Shown piece after piece: positions 1 to 12,172 of a stretch of 61,423 bases of DNA. A program made the position numbers and the translations under genes. The notes beneath the pieces were generated by a model that was not told the DNA's origin, did not search any database, and saw only the letters and a list, made by a program, of their open reading frames with translations. The stretch is from NCBI GenBank assembly GCA_032718475.1, contig JAUCBJ010001685.1, forward strand, positions 1-61,423, in the 5' to 3' direction. Within the stretch, counting starts at the first letter, position 1; every line of letters starts with the position of its first letter. Source of the DNA: Nemertoderma westbladi (Eukaryota; Animalia; Xenacoelomorpha).

Positions 1-444
1 GTATTGTCTACCCACCTAGTGTCTATCTAGTGTTGCTTTGTTTTGGACGAATATAAATACAAATCCAGGGTTCAGAGCCATCGAAAAATCACAATGGTAC
101 CAATGTAGGATAGGTGAGTACCATATGACTATTTCGTAATATATTCTAGTATTTGAAACATCAATTTGGATAAGGGTTTAAAATGCTTCGGTATTAGATA
201 TAATTGTTCTACCTTTTGGATTAGGGCACCATGATGCTGGGTTGGGTAGCTTAGGCTTTTAATTATTTTTATTTAAATTTTACTTATATTGTGTTTAATA
301 ATACTGTATACCATTGAAGACGCGCGGGAAGCGTGAAATAGCTATATGGTAAACTAACATTATGTTATATTAGCCGTGACCTTATTTTTTATAAATATTA
401 ATCATTTGAATGTGCTTACGCCACGAGAGACATCGTTCCATTAA

Positions 445-1000
445 GGAGGGGGGGGGGGAGGGGGGGGGGGGGGGTTGTACACCATTTCGGACAACTCTTA
501 GATTTATCACTCTCAGCGTTTCAAAATTGTTTGGTTTTGGCTATAATTTGGAATTTAGGTACCTTAAGATGCTAATCTACATGACAGGTCAGAAAAATTT
601 TATTTTTCGCAATTTAATATTAGTTAATACTATGCAGTTAACAATAAAAAACTTGGTTTTGCTTAAAACCCTAAGGCTTTTATAGTTTTGAATCTAATCA
701 CATGAAATTTTTTTATATGATTGATCAAAGACGGGGCAACATAACTATCAGGCTAAATTTTGTGAAAATAATTCTGCACCGCTAGGTGGCGCTGCAAATT
801 TATGCCAATTTTTTAGCTTTGTTTTAAATAGTATTCATTTTTATTTAACAAAAAATTTCAAAAAGTTGTCTGACAGTTTTACGCAGAATGGCTATGTAGA
901 CACCCACAGAAATTTTTAGACTAATTGCTCAAAACTTGTAGAAGTAGTGGGGTTTTGAAGTTGACAATTTAATTAAAAAAATATTTGGATATAATCGACC
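445..1000. mobile_element. Probable truncated non-autonomous TIR element (Kolobok-like end)
   Basis: TTAA (441-444) followed by a G-run and TGTACACC, resembling the TTAA-G8-TACACC end at 25721. Internal GCTAGGTGGCGCTGCAAATT resembles the reverse complement of 25857-25880. No right end found, so the end coordinate is approximate. Confidence 0.35.
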
Positions 1001-2494
1001 TTTCATTATACACAGTAAATATAAATCACAATAATAATAATTTAATACAAATTAAATTTTCTACTAAATCAAGCTAAAAGTAATTATGTTCAATTATAGA
1101 TTAACATACTAAGAAATAAAACATGTAATGTACGTTCAGTAAATTAACTCTAAGTAATACAAGCTAGACATCAATAATTCAGCACTGTTACATAAAAAAA
1201 TAAAAATAAATAAAAAATGTGCAATATTTGATTAAAATAGAGATATGATGGGGGCCTTATGAGGCTTCACCTCCTCTCCCAGGTGGTCGTTGAAGCCACA
1301 ACTCATTATTTTTAAGCTGCGCATGGCCTACACAATGTATACTAATGGGTTAAATGGGTTACCTGGCAGCGTCAGCTGTTTCAAGTAACTAATCCGTAAA
1401 GAGCCAATGAAATCACCTGCCATACTGGTATTGAATTGTTGGGGAGTGTTGAATAATTGTATTGAAACTATGAACTGACTGACTGACGAACCAGATCACA
1501 GATACCGCGATACCGGTATGCAGTACCGTCGTCAGACTTTGGCCAAAGCAGCAAAGCCTACTTCAGTACTGCAGTAGGGCTACTTTAAAAGCAGAAAAGA
1601 TTAACAAGGCCTACTTTTAGTAGGACTTGGCTGTGGCCTGTGGCAGATCGTTCCGGCTGCAGGCTGACCAGCTGACCGTCCGGCGTCGTATAAGTTCTGC
1701 AGTTTAATGTACCTGTGTACCGGAGACGGTAGCAGGTACTGCTCCGGTATTCGGTACAGCCATACTCATTGCCGTTGACCGTTGACGATATTTGGCTGGC
1801 CTGGTAAATCTACTGTTCTACTGCTAAGTGTGTGCGTGTGGTGTGGTGGCTGGGTGGTGACAGGGTGATGGGATACTGGGATATGATGGTCTCATTAATA
1901 GCAAATTGTACCGTCAGACCATAATACCAGAATGCGAAGCGAGTCACCACACCACCCTATGACCCACGCACCCTGCACCCACCAAGACCAAGCGGCCTGG
2001 CTCTGGCATCTGGTGTCGTATCAGTCACAGTCACAGTCTGCTGGTCTGTCAATATATGATCTGATAGGCTGAATATTTTATTGGTACCGGTCGGTATGTC
2101 AGTCAGGCTGTAGGTAACTGAGCCTGACTGCCTGAGCTGTTTCCAACTGGTAGCCTGGCGCTGGCTGGAAACGAATCGGATGAATACTGGTAATTCTGTA
2201 AATGTCGACCCCAACTATTACTGACATTCCGGTGACAGTACTAACCTCTTGGCACTTGGCCCGGCAGTCACGTAGTGCTGTAGTGGTAGCCAGACTGCCT
2301 GACATTGACATTTTACATACATACTACAGTACTAATTGGTTGGAAAAACTTTGATCTCTGAACATACAAAATCAGATAATATTATTGTATGAATATAACC
2401 AATCGTTTTCTGATGCGTTTAGTTCAATATATATCTCTATCTGTATCCTACAATACTGGAGTCTTCAAATTTCCACCATCTACAATCACGAACT

Positions 2495-2511
2495 ATGTTT
2501 GACTTAGAATC
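2495..2511 (+). CDS. TMEM181: TMEM181 putative first coding exon (MFDLE-S)
   Basis: ATG TTT GAC TTA GAA TC|GTAAGT. The phase-2 donor matches the phase of the acceptor at 3895, giving MFDLESSVQMKLYT. In-frame TAG upstream at 2420. Short, so supported by phase and donor quality only. Confidence 0.55.
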
Positions 2512-3150
2512 GTAAGTATATGTAGGCCTACAGATGTATGATGATGAGTGACGCTATATTTCTTTATATGGTGAGGATTGTAATATTGCAATTATAATTA
2601 TATTGAAATTATCTAATTACACTAAATTGTATAGATTTTAATTTGGCGTTAGTATTATACAAACATGGCCATTGTTGTTTTAATTTGTATTGAGGCCTGG
2701 TGAACGAAAAATCCTAAACGAAATTAATAAACTAGATGCCCGTTATACTCGAGACAGACAAATAGAGGCCAGATTTCATTATACACCGGACCAGACAGTC
2801 AAGTCGACTCAAGTCAGATCTATACATAGAGCCATGATATGCCTTGCCAGGTACTTGGTGCTTACTTTATTCTCCCCCCTTAAATGATATCGAGATTGTG
2901 GTAGGCCTCTTATATTTGTTATATTTAATTTTGTAAGGGTTTAGTGATAAATCTTGTAGCAGTGTTTTTATGTTTTTTTCATTGGTTGTGCTCTCTCCTC
3001 CTTCACACTGAATAAATTTGAAAGATAAGATGATGAGATGTTGATGGACCAATCCTTAGTTATGGTGGTATGGGTCCTACTACTAAACTCCCAAAAGAAC
3101 CCAAAAACACGCAAAAGAACCTAATAGATAAATAAACCTAAATCCTAAAT

Positions 3151-3362
3151 ACAATAAACGTTTTTTTAGCAATGCAGGCAAAGGAGTCGGTTACAGATGC
3201 GGGCTTTTCTAACCAAAACAATAAACGTTTTCTTTAGCAATGCAGGGTAAGGAGCAGGTTACAGAGCCGAGCATTTCTAACCAAAACAATAAACTATTCC
3301 GGTAAGATTACAGGGAAAGAAGCAATCTCATATGCGAGTTTTTCTAACCAAAACAAAAAACT
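3151..3362. repeat. Degenerate 67-68 bp tandem repeat, about 3 copies
   Basis: ACAATAAAC/ACAAAAAAC recurs at 3151, 3218, 3286, 3353 with AAGGAGCAGGTTACAG...TTTCTAACCAAA between. The same module occurs at about 16695-16760 and 44830-44878. Confidence 0.75.
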
Positions 3363-3895
3363 ATAGTATCTCATTACTTTTACACATTACAGTTACATAG
3401 GTTAGTCCTAACAAAATACGGCCTTTCCATTACACCCATCCCCCAATGGTGGTAGGCCAATGCCATGAGGGTTGTGGAGACAAATTCTCTACATCACATG
3501 GGCTGTGCTGGGAGGGGGTGGGGGGCATGTCATAAAGCGACACGATGAAGTCAGCGAGGTACTGTATTAGTGGACCTACTCGAATCCATGGTGGAACCCT
3601 TTCAGGTCAAATGAAAATGTGACCCTGATCCGGGGCAGTTTATTAGACAGTGCAAGAATCTAGGTCTAGTCTAGGTCTATACATTATAGTCGTCACTCTT
3701 TAACGTGAGATGCCCGTGCGAGCCGAAAGAAAATGGTGCCTCTGATTTGATATCGGACGGAAAATCATTATTTCAAGAGTTAGATATTATTGCAATTTGT
3801 CCATATTTCCCATTTTTTCCTACAGCATAAAATAACAAACTAATATATGTTTCCCATTTCTTCCTAAATGTATTATTTGCCTTACACCTTTGCAG

Positions 3896-4073
3896 GTCGG
3901 TGCAGATGAAACTCTACACCGTAACCAAACGACAGTTCCTCTTCGTTTTCGCCGGTTTTTTCGTCGCGTTTGGGATTACCATACTTATCGGTACAGCTGG
4001 CCCCACTATAATCCGGAAAGCTGATCCTATTGAGTTTAACAGAGACGATCCGGCCACGGCTAACGCGCTAAAG
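3896..4073 (+). CDS. TMEM181: TMEM181 exon 2
   Basis: Pyrimidine tract, TGCAG|G TCG GTG CAG ATG, donor AAG|GTATGT. Encodes SVQMKLYTVTKRQFLFVFAGFFVAFGITILIGTAGP, matching the TMEM181 N-terminal motif MRLYTLSKRHF...F.GLTIF.G..GP. Confidence 0.9.
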
Positions 4074-4462
4074 GTATGTCTTCTGGTATGTTTCTGCCTT
4101 TTTAAGGTTGCCTCGTAACGAGCATGTCTTCACAGACTCCAAGAAACAGATGGGAATGTAAGATGCAAACCAAGAATGATTTCCATCAACCAAACAAACT
4201 GTATCCCGTCTAATGTAATACACAGCCGTTTTGCAAATAAATCACAATAGTGCGATGTGTGAAATATTATCCTTATCCACAACCTGTGAAACGGCCCCAA
4301 GCCAAAGATCAGTTTACTCTGCTAAGGTCCTCTAATTATTAACAATAAACAATGTACTAATATGGTAAAGCACCCCTAATGCCATTCATCGTTGATTTGT
4401 TGATGTTATGGTTTCGCTTAGTGCTAATAAAGAACGTGAACTGATTAGCGATAATATTAGAT

Positions 4463-4596
4463 ACAACCCATCCAATGGTTGCAATCTACTCCATCCTACT
4501 CTACAACCCATCCAATGGTTGCAATCTACTCCATCCTACTCTACAACCCATCCAATGGTTGCAATCTACTCCATCCTACTCTACCTACAACCCATA
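4463..4596. repeat. 40-bp tandem repeat, about 3.3 copies
   Basis: ACAACCCATCCAATGGTTGCAATCTACTCCATCCTACTCT repeated with period 40. Confidence 0.9.
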
Positions 4597-4639
4597 GTAT
4601 AGTATAGTACCGTATATAGTATATGCATAGATATAACCA

Positions 4640-7600
4640 TAGTATATGTGTGCACAACATGACGGGGTGCGTGCACGACATTGGTATGTGTGCACAACAT
4701 GAGTTATATGTGTGCACGACATATGTATGTGTGCACGACATGAGTATATGTATGCACGACATGAGATGTAGACTTGATTGAGGGAAATTCAAACAAAGCA
4801 TAATTCAAATACAGTTGCTGTGTATGTGTACTAACTGGTACCGGTAGGTTACCAACTGCCATAGCTCTACCTCTAATGTTACATAGAGTATAACGATTCC
4901 GACTAAATTGCAAGCCAGCAAGCTTCTCGATGAATAAGGTGTGGCTCGGTCGAACATAAACTTTGCAGACGGCACATGGACTAAAAGTAAACCCGAGAAC
5001 AAAAGTCGCTGAGTCCAAATAACCCCGGAATGGAAGACTTAGTGGCCGAGACCAATAAACTCGGAATGAAGACGACGAAGTCCAATAAACTCGGAATGAA
5101 GACGACGGAGTCCAATAAACTCGGAATGAAGACGACAGAGTCCAATAAACTCGGAATGAAGGCGACGGAGTCCAATAAACTCGGAATGAAGACGATGGAG
5201 TCCGATAAACACGGAATGAAGACGACGGAGTCCAATAAACTCGGAATGAAGACGATGGAGTCCGATAAACACGGAATGAAGACGACGGAGTCCAATAAAC
5301 ACGGAATGAAGACGATGGAGTCCAATAAACTCGGAATGAAGACGATGGAGTCCAATAAACTCGGAATGAAGACGATGGAGTCCAATAAACACGGAATGAA
5401 GACGACGGAGTCCAATAAACTCGGAATAAAGACGATGGAGTCCAATAAACTCGGAATGAAGACGATGGAGTCCAATAAACTCGGAATGAAGACGATGGAG
5501 TCCAATAAACTCGGAATGAAGACGACGGAGTCCAATAAACACGGAATGAAGACGATGGAGTCCAATAAACTCGGAATGAAGACGATGGAGTCCAATAGAC
5601 TCGGAATGAAGACGATGGAGTCCAATAAACTCGGAATGAAGACGACGGAGTCCAATAAACTCGGAATGAAGACGACGAAGTCCGATAAACTCGGAATGAA
5701 GACGACGGAGTCCAATAAACACGGAATGAAGACGATGGAGTCCAATAAACTCGGAATGAAGACGATGGAGTCCAATAAACTCGGAATGAAGACGATGGAG
5801 TCCAATAAACACGGAATGAAGACGACGGAGTCCAATAAACTCGGAATAAAGACGATGGAGTCCAATAAACTCGGAATGAAGACGACGGAGTCCAATAAAC
5901 TCGGAATGAAGACGATGGAGTCCAATAAACTCGGAATGAAGACGATGGAGTCCAATAAACTCGGAATGAAGACGACAGAGTCCAATAAACTCGGAATGAA
6001 GACGATGGAGTCCAATAAACACGGAATGAAGACGACGGAGTCCAATAAACTCAGAATAAAGACGATGGAGTCCAATAAACTCGGAATGAAGACGATGGAG
6101 TCCAATAAACTCGGAATGAAGACGATGGAGTCCAATAAACACGGAATGAAGACGACGGAGTCCAATAAACTCGGAATGAAGACGATGGAGTCCAATAAAC
6201 TCGGAATGAAGACGATGGAGTCCAATAAACTCGGAATGAAGACGACGGAGTCCAATAAACTCGGAATAAAGACGATGGAGTCCAATAAACTCTGAATGAA
6301 AACGATGGAGTCCAATAAACTCGGAATGAAGACGACGGAGTCCAATAAACTCGGAATGAAGACGATGGAGTCCAATAAACTCTGAATGAAAACGCCGGAG
6401 TCCAATAAACTCGGAATGAAGGCGACGGAGTCCAATAAACTCGGAATGAAGACGATGGAGTCCAATAAACTCTGAATGAAAACGCCGGAGTCCAATAAAC
6501 TCGGAATGAAGGCGACGGAGTCCAATAAACTCGGAATGAAGACAATGGAGTCCAATAAACTCTGAATGAAAACGATGGAGTCCAATAAACTCGGAATGAA
6601 GACGATGGAGTCCAATAAACTCTGAATGAAAACGCCGGAGTCCAATAAACTCGGAATGAAGTCGACGGAGTCCAATAAACTCGGAATGAAGACAATGGAG
6701 TCCAATAAACTCTGAATGAAAACGACGGAGTCCAATAAACTCGGAATGAAGGCGACGGAGTCCAATAAACTCGGAATGAAGACAATGGAGTCCAATAAAC
6801 TCTGAATGAAAACGACGGAGTCCAATAAACTCGGAATGAAGACGATGGAGTCCGATAAACACGGAATGAAGACGACAGAGTCCAATAAACTCGGAATGAA
6901 GGCGACGGAGTCCAATAAACTCGGAATGAAGACAATGGAGTCCAATAAACTCTGAATGAAAACGACGGAGTCCAATAAACTCGGAATGAAGGCGACGGAG
7001 TCCAATAAACTCGGAATGAAGACGATGGAGTCCAATAAACTCGGAATGAAGACGACAGAGTCCAATAAACTCGGAATGGAGACGATGGAGTCCAATAAAC
7101 TCGGAATGAAGACGACGGAGTCCAATAAACTCGGAATGAAGACGATGGAGTCCAATAAACTCGGAATGAAGACGATGGAGTCCAATAAACTCGGAATGAA
7201 GACGATGGAGTCCAATAAACTCTGAATGAAGACGATGGAGTCCAATAAACTCGGAATGAAGACGACGGAGTCCAATAAACTCGGAATGAAGACGATGGAG
7301 TCCAGTAAACTCGGAATGAAGACGATGGAGTCCAATAAACTCGGAATGAAGACGACGGGGTCCAATAAACTCGGAATGATGACGACGGAGTCCAGTAAAC
7401 TCGGAATGAAGACGACAAAGTCCAAATTTAGTTTATACTAAATTTTTTTTCCATCTAACGATGCATTCGCTTGAATGTCGCTTATCTCACTTGAATGCCA
7501 CACCGTATTCATCGTGAAGTTTGCAGTTTAGTCGGAATAGTTACTCTATCTAACATTACACTACAGCTGTCAGTTGGTAACCTACCGGTACCCGGTAGTA

Positions 7601-7975
7601 GTACACAGTACACAGCAACTGTATTGAATTATGCTTTGTTTGAATTTCCCTCCATCTCTAGTCTACATCCCATGTCGTGCATATACTCACGTCGTGCACA
7701 TTATATAGATAGTTATGTCACTCACACATACTCATGTTGAGCATACATCATGTCGTGCACAGATATAGTTATGTCGCTCACACATACTAATGTCCGGCAC
7801 ACATACACATGTCGCGCACACATACACATGTCGCGCACACATATGCTCATGTTGTGCACACATATACATGTCGCGTACGCATATGCTTATGTTGTGCATA
7901 CATATGCTCAAGTCAAGCACAGATATACTCTGTCGTGCGCACCTACACCCATGTCGTACATACACACATATATAT
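4640..7975. mobile_element. Foldback-like element: long imperfect inverted arms enclosing a 30-bp satellite
   Basis: Left arm about 4640-4912 (GAGGGAAATTCAAACAAAGCATAATTCAA...GTACCGGTAGGTTACCAACTG...TTCCGACTAAA) is the reverse complement of about 7521-7975. Both arms carry about 22-bp ATGTCGTGCACACATA subrepeats. Exact termini and TSD not resolved. Confidence 0.7.
5050..7425. repeat. 30-bp minisatellite, about 79 copies
   Basis: Unit TCCAATAAACTCGGAATGAAGACGAYGGAG in exact 30-bp register. It is the source of the spurious ORFs at 4981-7441. Confidence 0.98.
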
Positions 7976-8197
7976 TTTCAAATTCGCGTGCGCGCCACTT
8001 CTTCATGAATCTAAACTGCTTGGCCACTCAGGGCTTCCGTATACATAAGCTTTATAGTCCAATAATGTATTGAAAACACGTGCCCTTAACCCCTAGAGCT
8101 AGAGTGTTCCACTGGTAAGTCAGAGTTAAGTTTATGGCAGTGATTGAATGAGCCACGAGGCACAACGAAACAAATCAAATTTTAATAAGATCTCGAT

Positions 8198-9676
8198 CCT
8201 TTTTCTACCCGATTCTGTTTTACCCGATACGTTTTTACCCGATACTTTTTACCCGATACTTTTTTACACGATACTTTTTTACCCGATGCTTTTTACCCGA
8301 TACTTTTTTACCCGATCCTTTTTACCCGATACTTTTTTACCCGATGCTTTTTACCCGATACTTTTATTACCCGATACTTTTTACCCAATACTTTTTTACC
8401 CGATGCTTTTTACCTGATAGTTTTTTACCCGATGCTTTTTTTACCCGATGCTTTTTACCTGATAATTTTTTACACGATACTTTTTTACCCCATACTTTTT
8501 TACCCGATGCTTTTTTTACCCGATACTTTTTTACCCGATACTTTTTACCCGATGCTTTTTACCCGATACTTTTTACCCGATGCTTTTTTACCCGATGCTT
8601 TTTACCTGATAGTTTTTTACCCGATGCTTTTTTTACCCGATACTTTTTTACCCGATACTTTTTACCCGATACTTTTTTACCCGGTTCTTTTTACCCGATG
8701 CTTTTTACCCGATACTTTTTACCCGATACTTTTTACCCGATACTTTTTATCCGATACTTTTTTACCCGATACTTTTTTACCTGATAATTATTTTCCCGAT
8801 ACTTTTTTACCCGATTCTTTTTTACCCGATACTTTTTTACCCGAAACTTTTTACCCGATGCTTTTTTTACCCGATACTTTTTTACCCGATACTTTTTACC
8901 CGATGCTTTTCTTACCCGATACTTTTTTACCCGATGCTTTTTACCTGATAATTATTTTCCCGATACTTTTTTACCCGATTCTTTTTACCCGATGCTTTTT
9001 ACCCGATACTTTTTACCCGATGCTGTTTTTATCCGATACTTTTTTACCCGATACTTTTTTACCTGATAATTATTTTCCCGATACTTTTTTACCCGATTCT
9101 TTTTTACCCGATACTTTTTTACCCGAAACTTTTTACCCGATGCTTTTTTTATCCGATACTTTTTTACCCGATACTTTTTTACCTGATAATTATTTTCCCG
9201 ATACTTTTTTACCCGATTCTTTTTTACCCGATACTTTTTTACCCGAAACTTTTTACCCGATGCTTTTTTTACCCGATACTTTTTTACCCGATACTTTTTA
9301 CCCGATGCTTTTCTTACCCGATACTTTTTTACCCGATGCTTTTTACCTGATAATTTTTTACCCGATGCTTTTTTTACCCGATACTTTTTTACCCGATACT
9401 TTTTACCCGATGCTTTTCTTACCCGATACTTTTTTACCCGATGCTTTATACCTGATAATTTTTTACCCGATACTTTTTGCCCGATACTTTTTACCCGATA
9501 CTTTTTGACCCGATGCTTTTTACCCGATACTTTTTACCCGATGCTTTTTTTACCCGATACTTTTTTACCTGATACTTTTTACCCGATACTTTTATTACCC
9601 TATACTTTTTTACCTGATACTTTTTACCCTCTACTTTTTTACCTGATAATTCTTTTCCCGATAGTTTTTTACCCAT
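8198..9676. repeat. 14-15 bp T-tract minisatellite (TTTTTTACCCGATAC)n
   Basis: TACCCGAT(A/G)C followed by T5-7, repeated about 100 times, with larger duplicated blocks in 8750-9450. Confidence 0.97.
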
Positions 9677-9809
9677 AGTTTACCGCGCCAGTTGTAACTC
9701 TTCCGGTTGTATCAGTTATATTAGCCCCAACCCTTATACTTATACTTATACCCTATTGTACTTCTTGTGTTTTATTCTTTACATCAAATACACTGCAATT
9801 ATATTCCAG

Positions 9810-10022
9810 ACTGCCTCGTTTATGATAGAGAGCCCTTTGGTATCGCCGTTCAACCAACAACTGTGGTTGACTTCCTTCATACGAATACGTAATCCGGCGA
9901 ACACTCGTCTCGAGATTCCGTTCTCTATTCACGTGGAGGTTCAGGGCCAATCTAATGACGAGAGCGTCATCATTGCGTCAAACGCACAGAACCGAACCAG
10001 GACGCTGACATGCGACGCCAAG
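9810..10022 (+). CDS. TMEM181: TMEM181 exon 3
   Basis: TTCCAG|ACT acceptor and first donor AAG|GTAAGA at 10023. Encodes ...SPLVSPFNQQLWLT...V.V.G...NRTRTLTCDAK, matching TMEM181 motifs NQQLWLT and NRTRTLTC. Phase 0 at both ends. Confidence 0.92.
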
Positions 10023-10673
10023 GTAAGACGGAACACTCAGGACCGAACCAGGACGCTGACATGCGATACCAAGGTAAGAGGGAACACTCAGGACCGAACC
10101 AGGACGCTGACATGAGACGACAAGGTAAGACGGAACACTCAGGACCGAACCAGGACGCTGACATGCGACGCCAAGGTAAGACAGAACACTTAGGACCGAA
10201 CCAGGACGCTGACATGAGACGCCAAGGTAAGAGGGAACACTCAGGACCGAACCAGGACGCTGACATGCGACGCCAAGGTAAGAGGGAACACTCAGGACCG
10301 AACCAGGACGCTGACATGCGACGCCAAGGTAAGACGGAACACTCAGGACCGAACCAGGACGCTGACATGAGACGCCAAGGTAAGAGGGAACTCTCAGGAC
10401 CGAACCAGGACGCTGACATGAGACGCCAAGGTAAGACGGAACACTCAGGACCGAACCAGGACGCTGACATGCGACGCCAAGGTAAGAGGGAACTCTCAGG
10501 ACCGAACCAGGACGCTGACATGAGACGCCAAGGTAAGACGGAACACTCAGGACCGAACCAGGACGCTGACATGAGACGCCAAGGTAAGAGGGAACTCTCA
10601 GGACCGAACCAGGGCGCTGACATGCGACGCCAAGGTAAGGGGGAACACTCAGGACCGAACCAGGACGCTGACA
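9991..10673 (+). repeat. 51-bp tandem array of the exon 3 tail plus 5' splice site, 13 donors
   Basis: Unit GACCGAACCAGGACGCTGACATGCGACGCCAAG|GTAAGACGGAACACTCAG. Donors from 10023 to 10635 = 12 x 51. Confidence 0.97.
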
Positions 10674-11339
10674 AAGCGAATATACAAAATTAGTTACCTC
10701 GGAGCCAGCAGCTGCTACAGAGTGTTGCATAACACAAATCCATTACTATAACATTGCCTTTCTTTTCATTTCTTTGTTACATTCTCTCTTATGGGGAAGT
10801 ATCACGACACTTTAGTTGACAACTAATTTATTGGAGATAGATTATATAACATTAAGGAATTAATATACTCAGATGGGGGGGGGGGATAGGAATAATATAA
10901 CAATAGGGATGAATACAGTATAATTAAAAACAAACCAAGACTATACAATATCAACAAAACTTGAAGCAGCAGCCCCCCCCCCCCCCCCCCCCCCCCCTCT
11001 CCCCTCTACGGCTCTAAGCAGTCTCATCAAACCACCTGAATTATTGCAGGAGTGAAAAAATATCACATTGTCCCAATCCAGATCAACTTGAGAGAGAAAG
11101 AGCATCATCGTGTCTAGAAATCTTATATTTATATCAAACACATGCTGTCTGTCTTGCCGCCTGTCAATGTGTACACGTTCTCTAAACCCAGAGTTCTACT
11201 GCCGTATTTGGGCGAATACGACAGGCTACTGTACTATACAGTACGTTTTTTTGTGGTTAGTGACGGGTTGTTAGTATCTCATGCAAAATAAATGTAGGAC
11301 TTTGTAATTATTTTGCGAATATTGGGACCATGCATTTTC

Positions 11340-12172
11340 TAACTTACAGGTTTCGTTGCATTGCTTGGATAAAATTTATCCTGTATTCTATAATGCGTGA
11401 TATACAAGTTACAAGTATATTACCGCAGTGGTGAAGAATTGACAATCTAACAAAATAACTAAAATTCACCTTGGAGCACTAAAAATGTGAAAAGTAATTT
11501 TATCAGTTATTCGAAACCTTCCGAAAACGTTTCAGGAAGCCGCACTTATTGATATCCTTGAAACTTTGAAACAGAAAAATAATTCAATCACAAACCTAAA
11601 TACCATTGCAGAAAGAATAAAAGACGTGATTGCTATCAATGCATCCGAACATATCCACCTAGGTTAACCCACAATTACAGACTCCGCTCGAATCTTTTGC
11701 AAAGAAAATGCAAAATCACCAAAGAGTTGTACAAGCTTATACTAGCTTGTTGTACAAGCTATGTAGTGATAATGACAAACATCCCAATAACCATTAATTG
11801 GTCAAAAATATAACGATTCCAAGCACTCAAGAAGACGCCTTTAAAATATTCTAGCAAAAAACTCAATTGCGACCTCAGTTCATAAGTGGTCGAGCACCGC
11901 AAGGACGAATCCCAAACGGTTTTTGTCCCGAATTAACAGTAAGAATTGCAAGCAAGATATATCATCTGAAATACAAGATTGCCTCCATCGGCATTACTCA
12001 AGCGTATTCATATTCAATCATTAATACTAATTTCATCTCTGCCGAGCAACATCAGAACCTATTGGATGCTCTAGATGAGCAGTGCAGTAACACTCAAGTT
12101 CCGAATATTTGTACCCTAGCGGTAAAACGCTTTCTCGCCTTAGCCCAGGGAAACCTGCAACAGCACATCTGA
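11340..12172 (+). pseudogene. Possible decayed hAT-type transposase fragment
   Basis: Translation LLDALDEQCSNTQVPNICTL resembles the L.DAL..C....FPNI..LL start of the hAT C-terminal dimerisation region. The surrounding frames are broken and no termini were identified. Confidence 0.3.

Noticed and set aside
1340-1423. Possible first exon of a divergent minus-strand gene (MAGDFIGSL..., faintly like the EDC3 N-terminus) ending at CAG|GTAACC
   Set aside because: Similarity covers only about nine residues and no downstream exon could be identified in the window.
4981-7441. Repeat-protein ORFs (MKTMESNKLG)n and (FIPSLLDSIV)n
   Set aside because: Open in several frames on both strands because the period is 30; intronic, inside a foldback element, with stops in variant units.
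9991-10673. 18-nt GT...AG segments as true spliceosomal introns or recursive splice sites
   Set aside because: Far below normal metazoan intron length and lacking a pyrimidine tract; retained only as a sequence observation.
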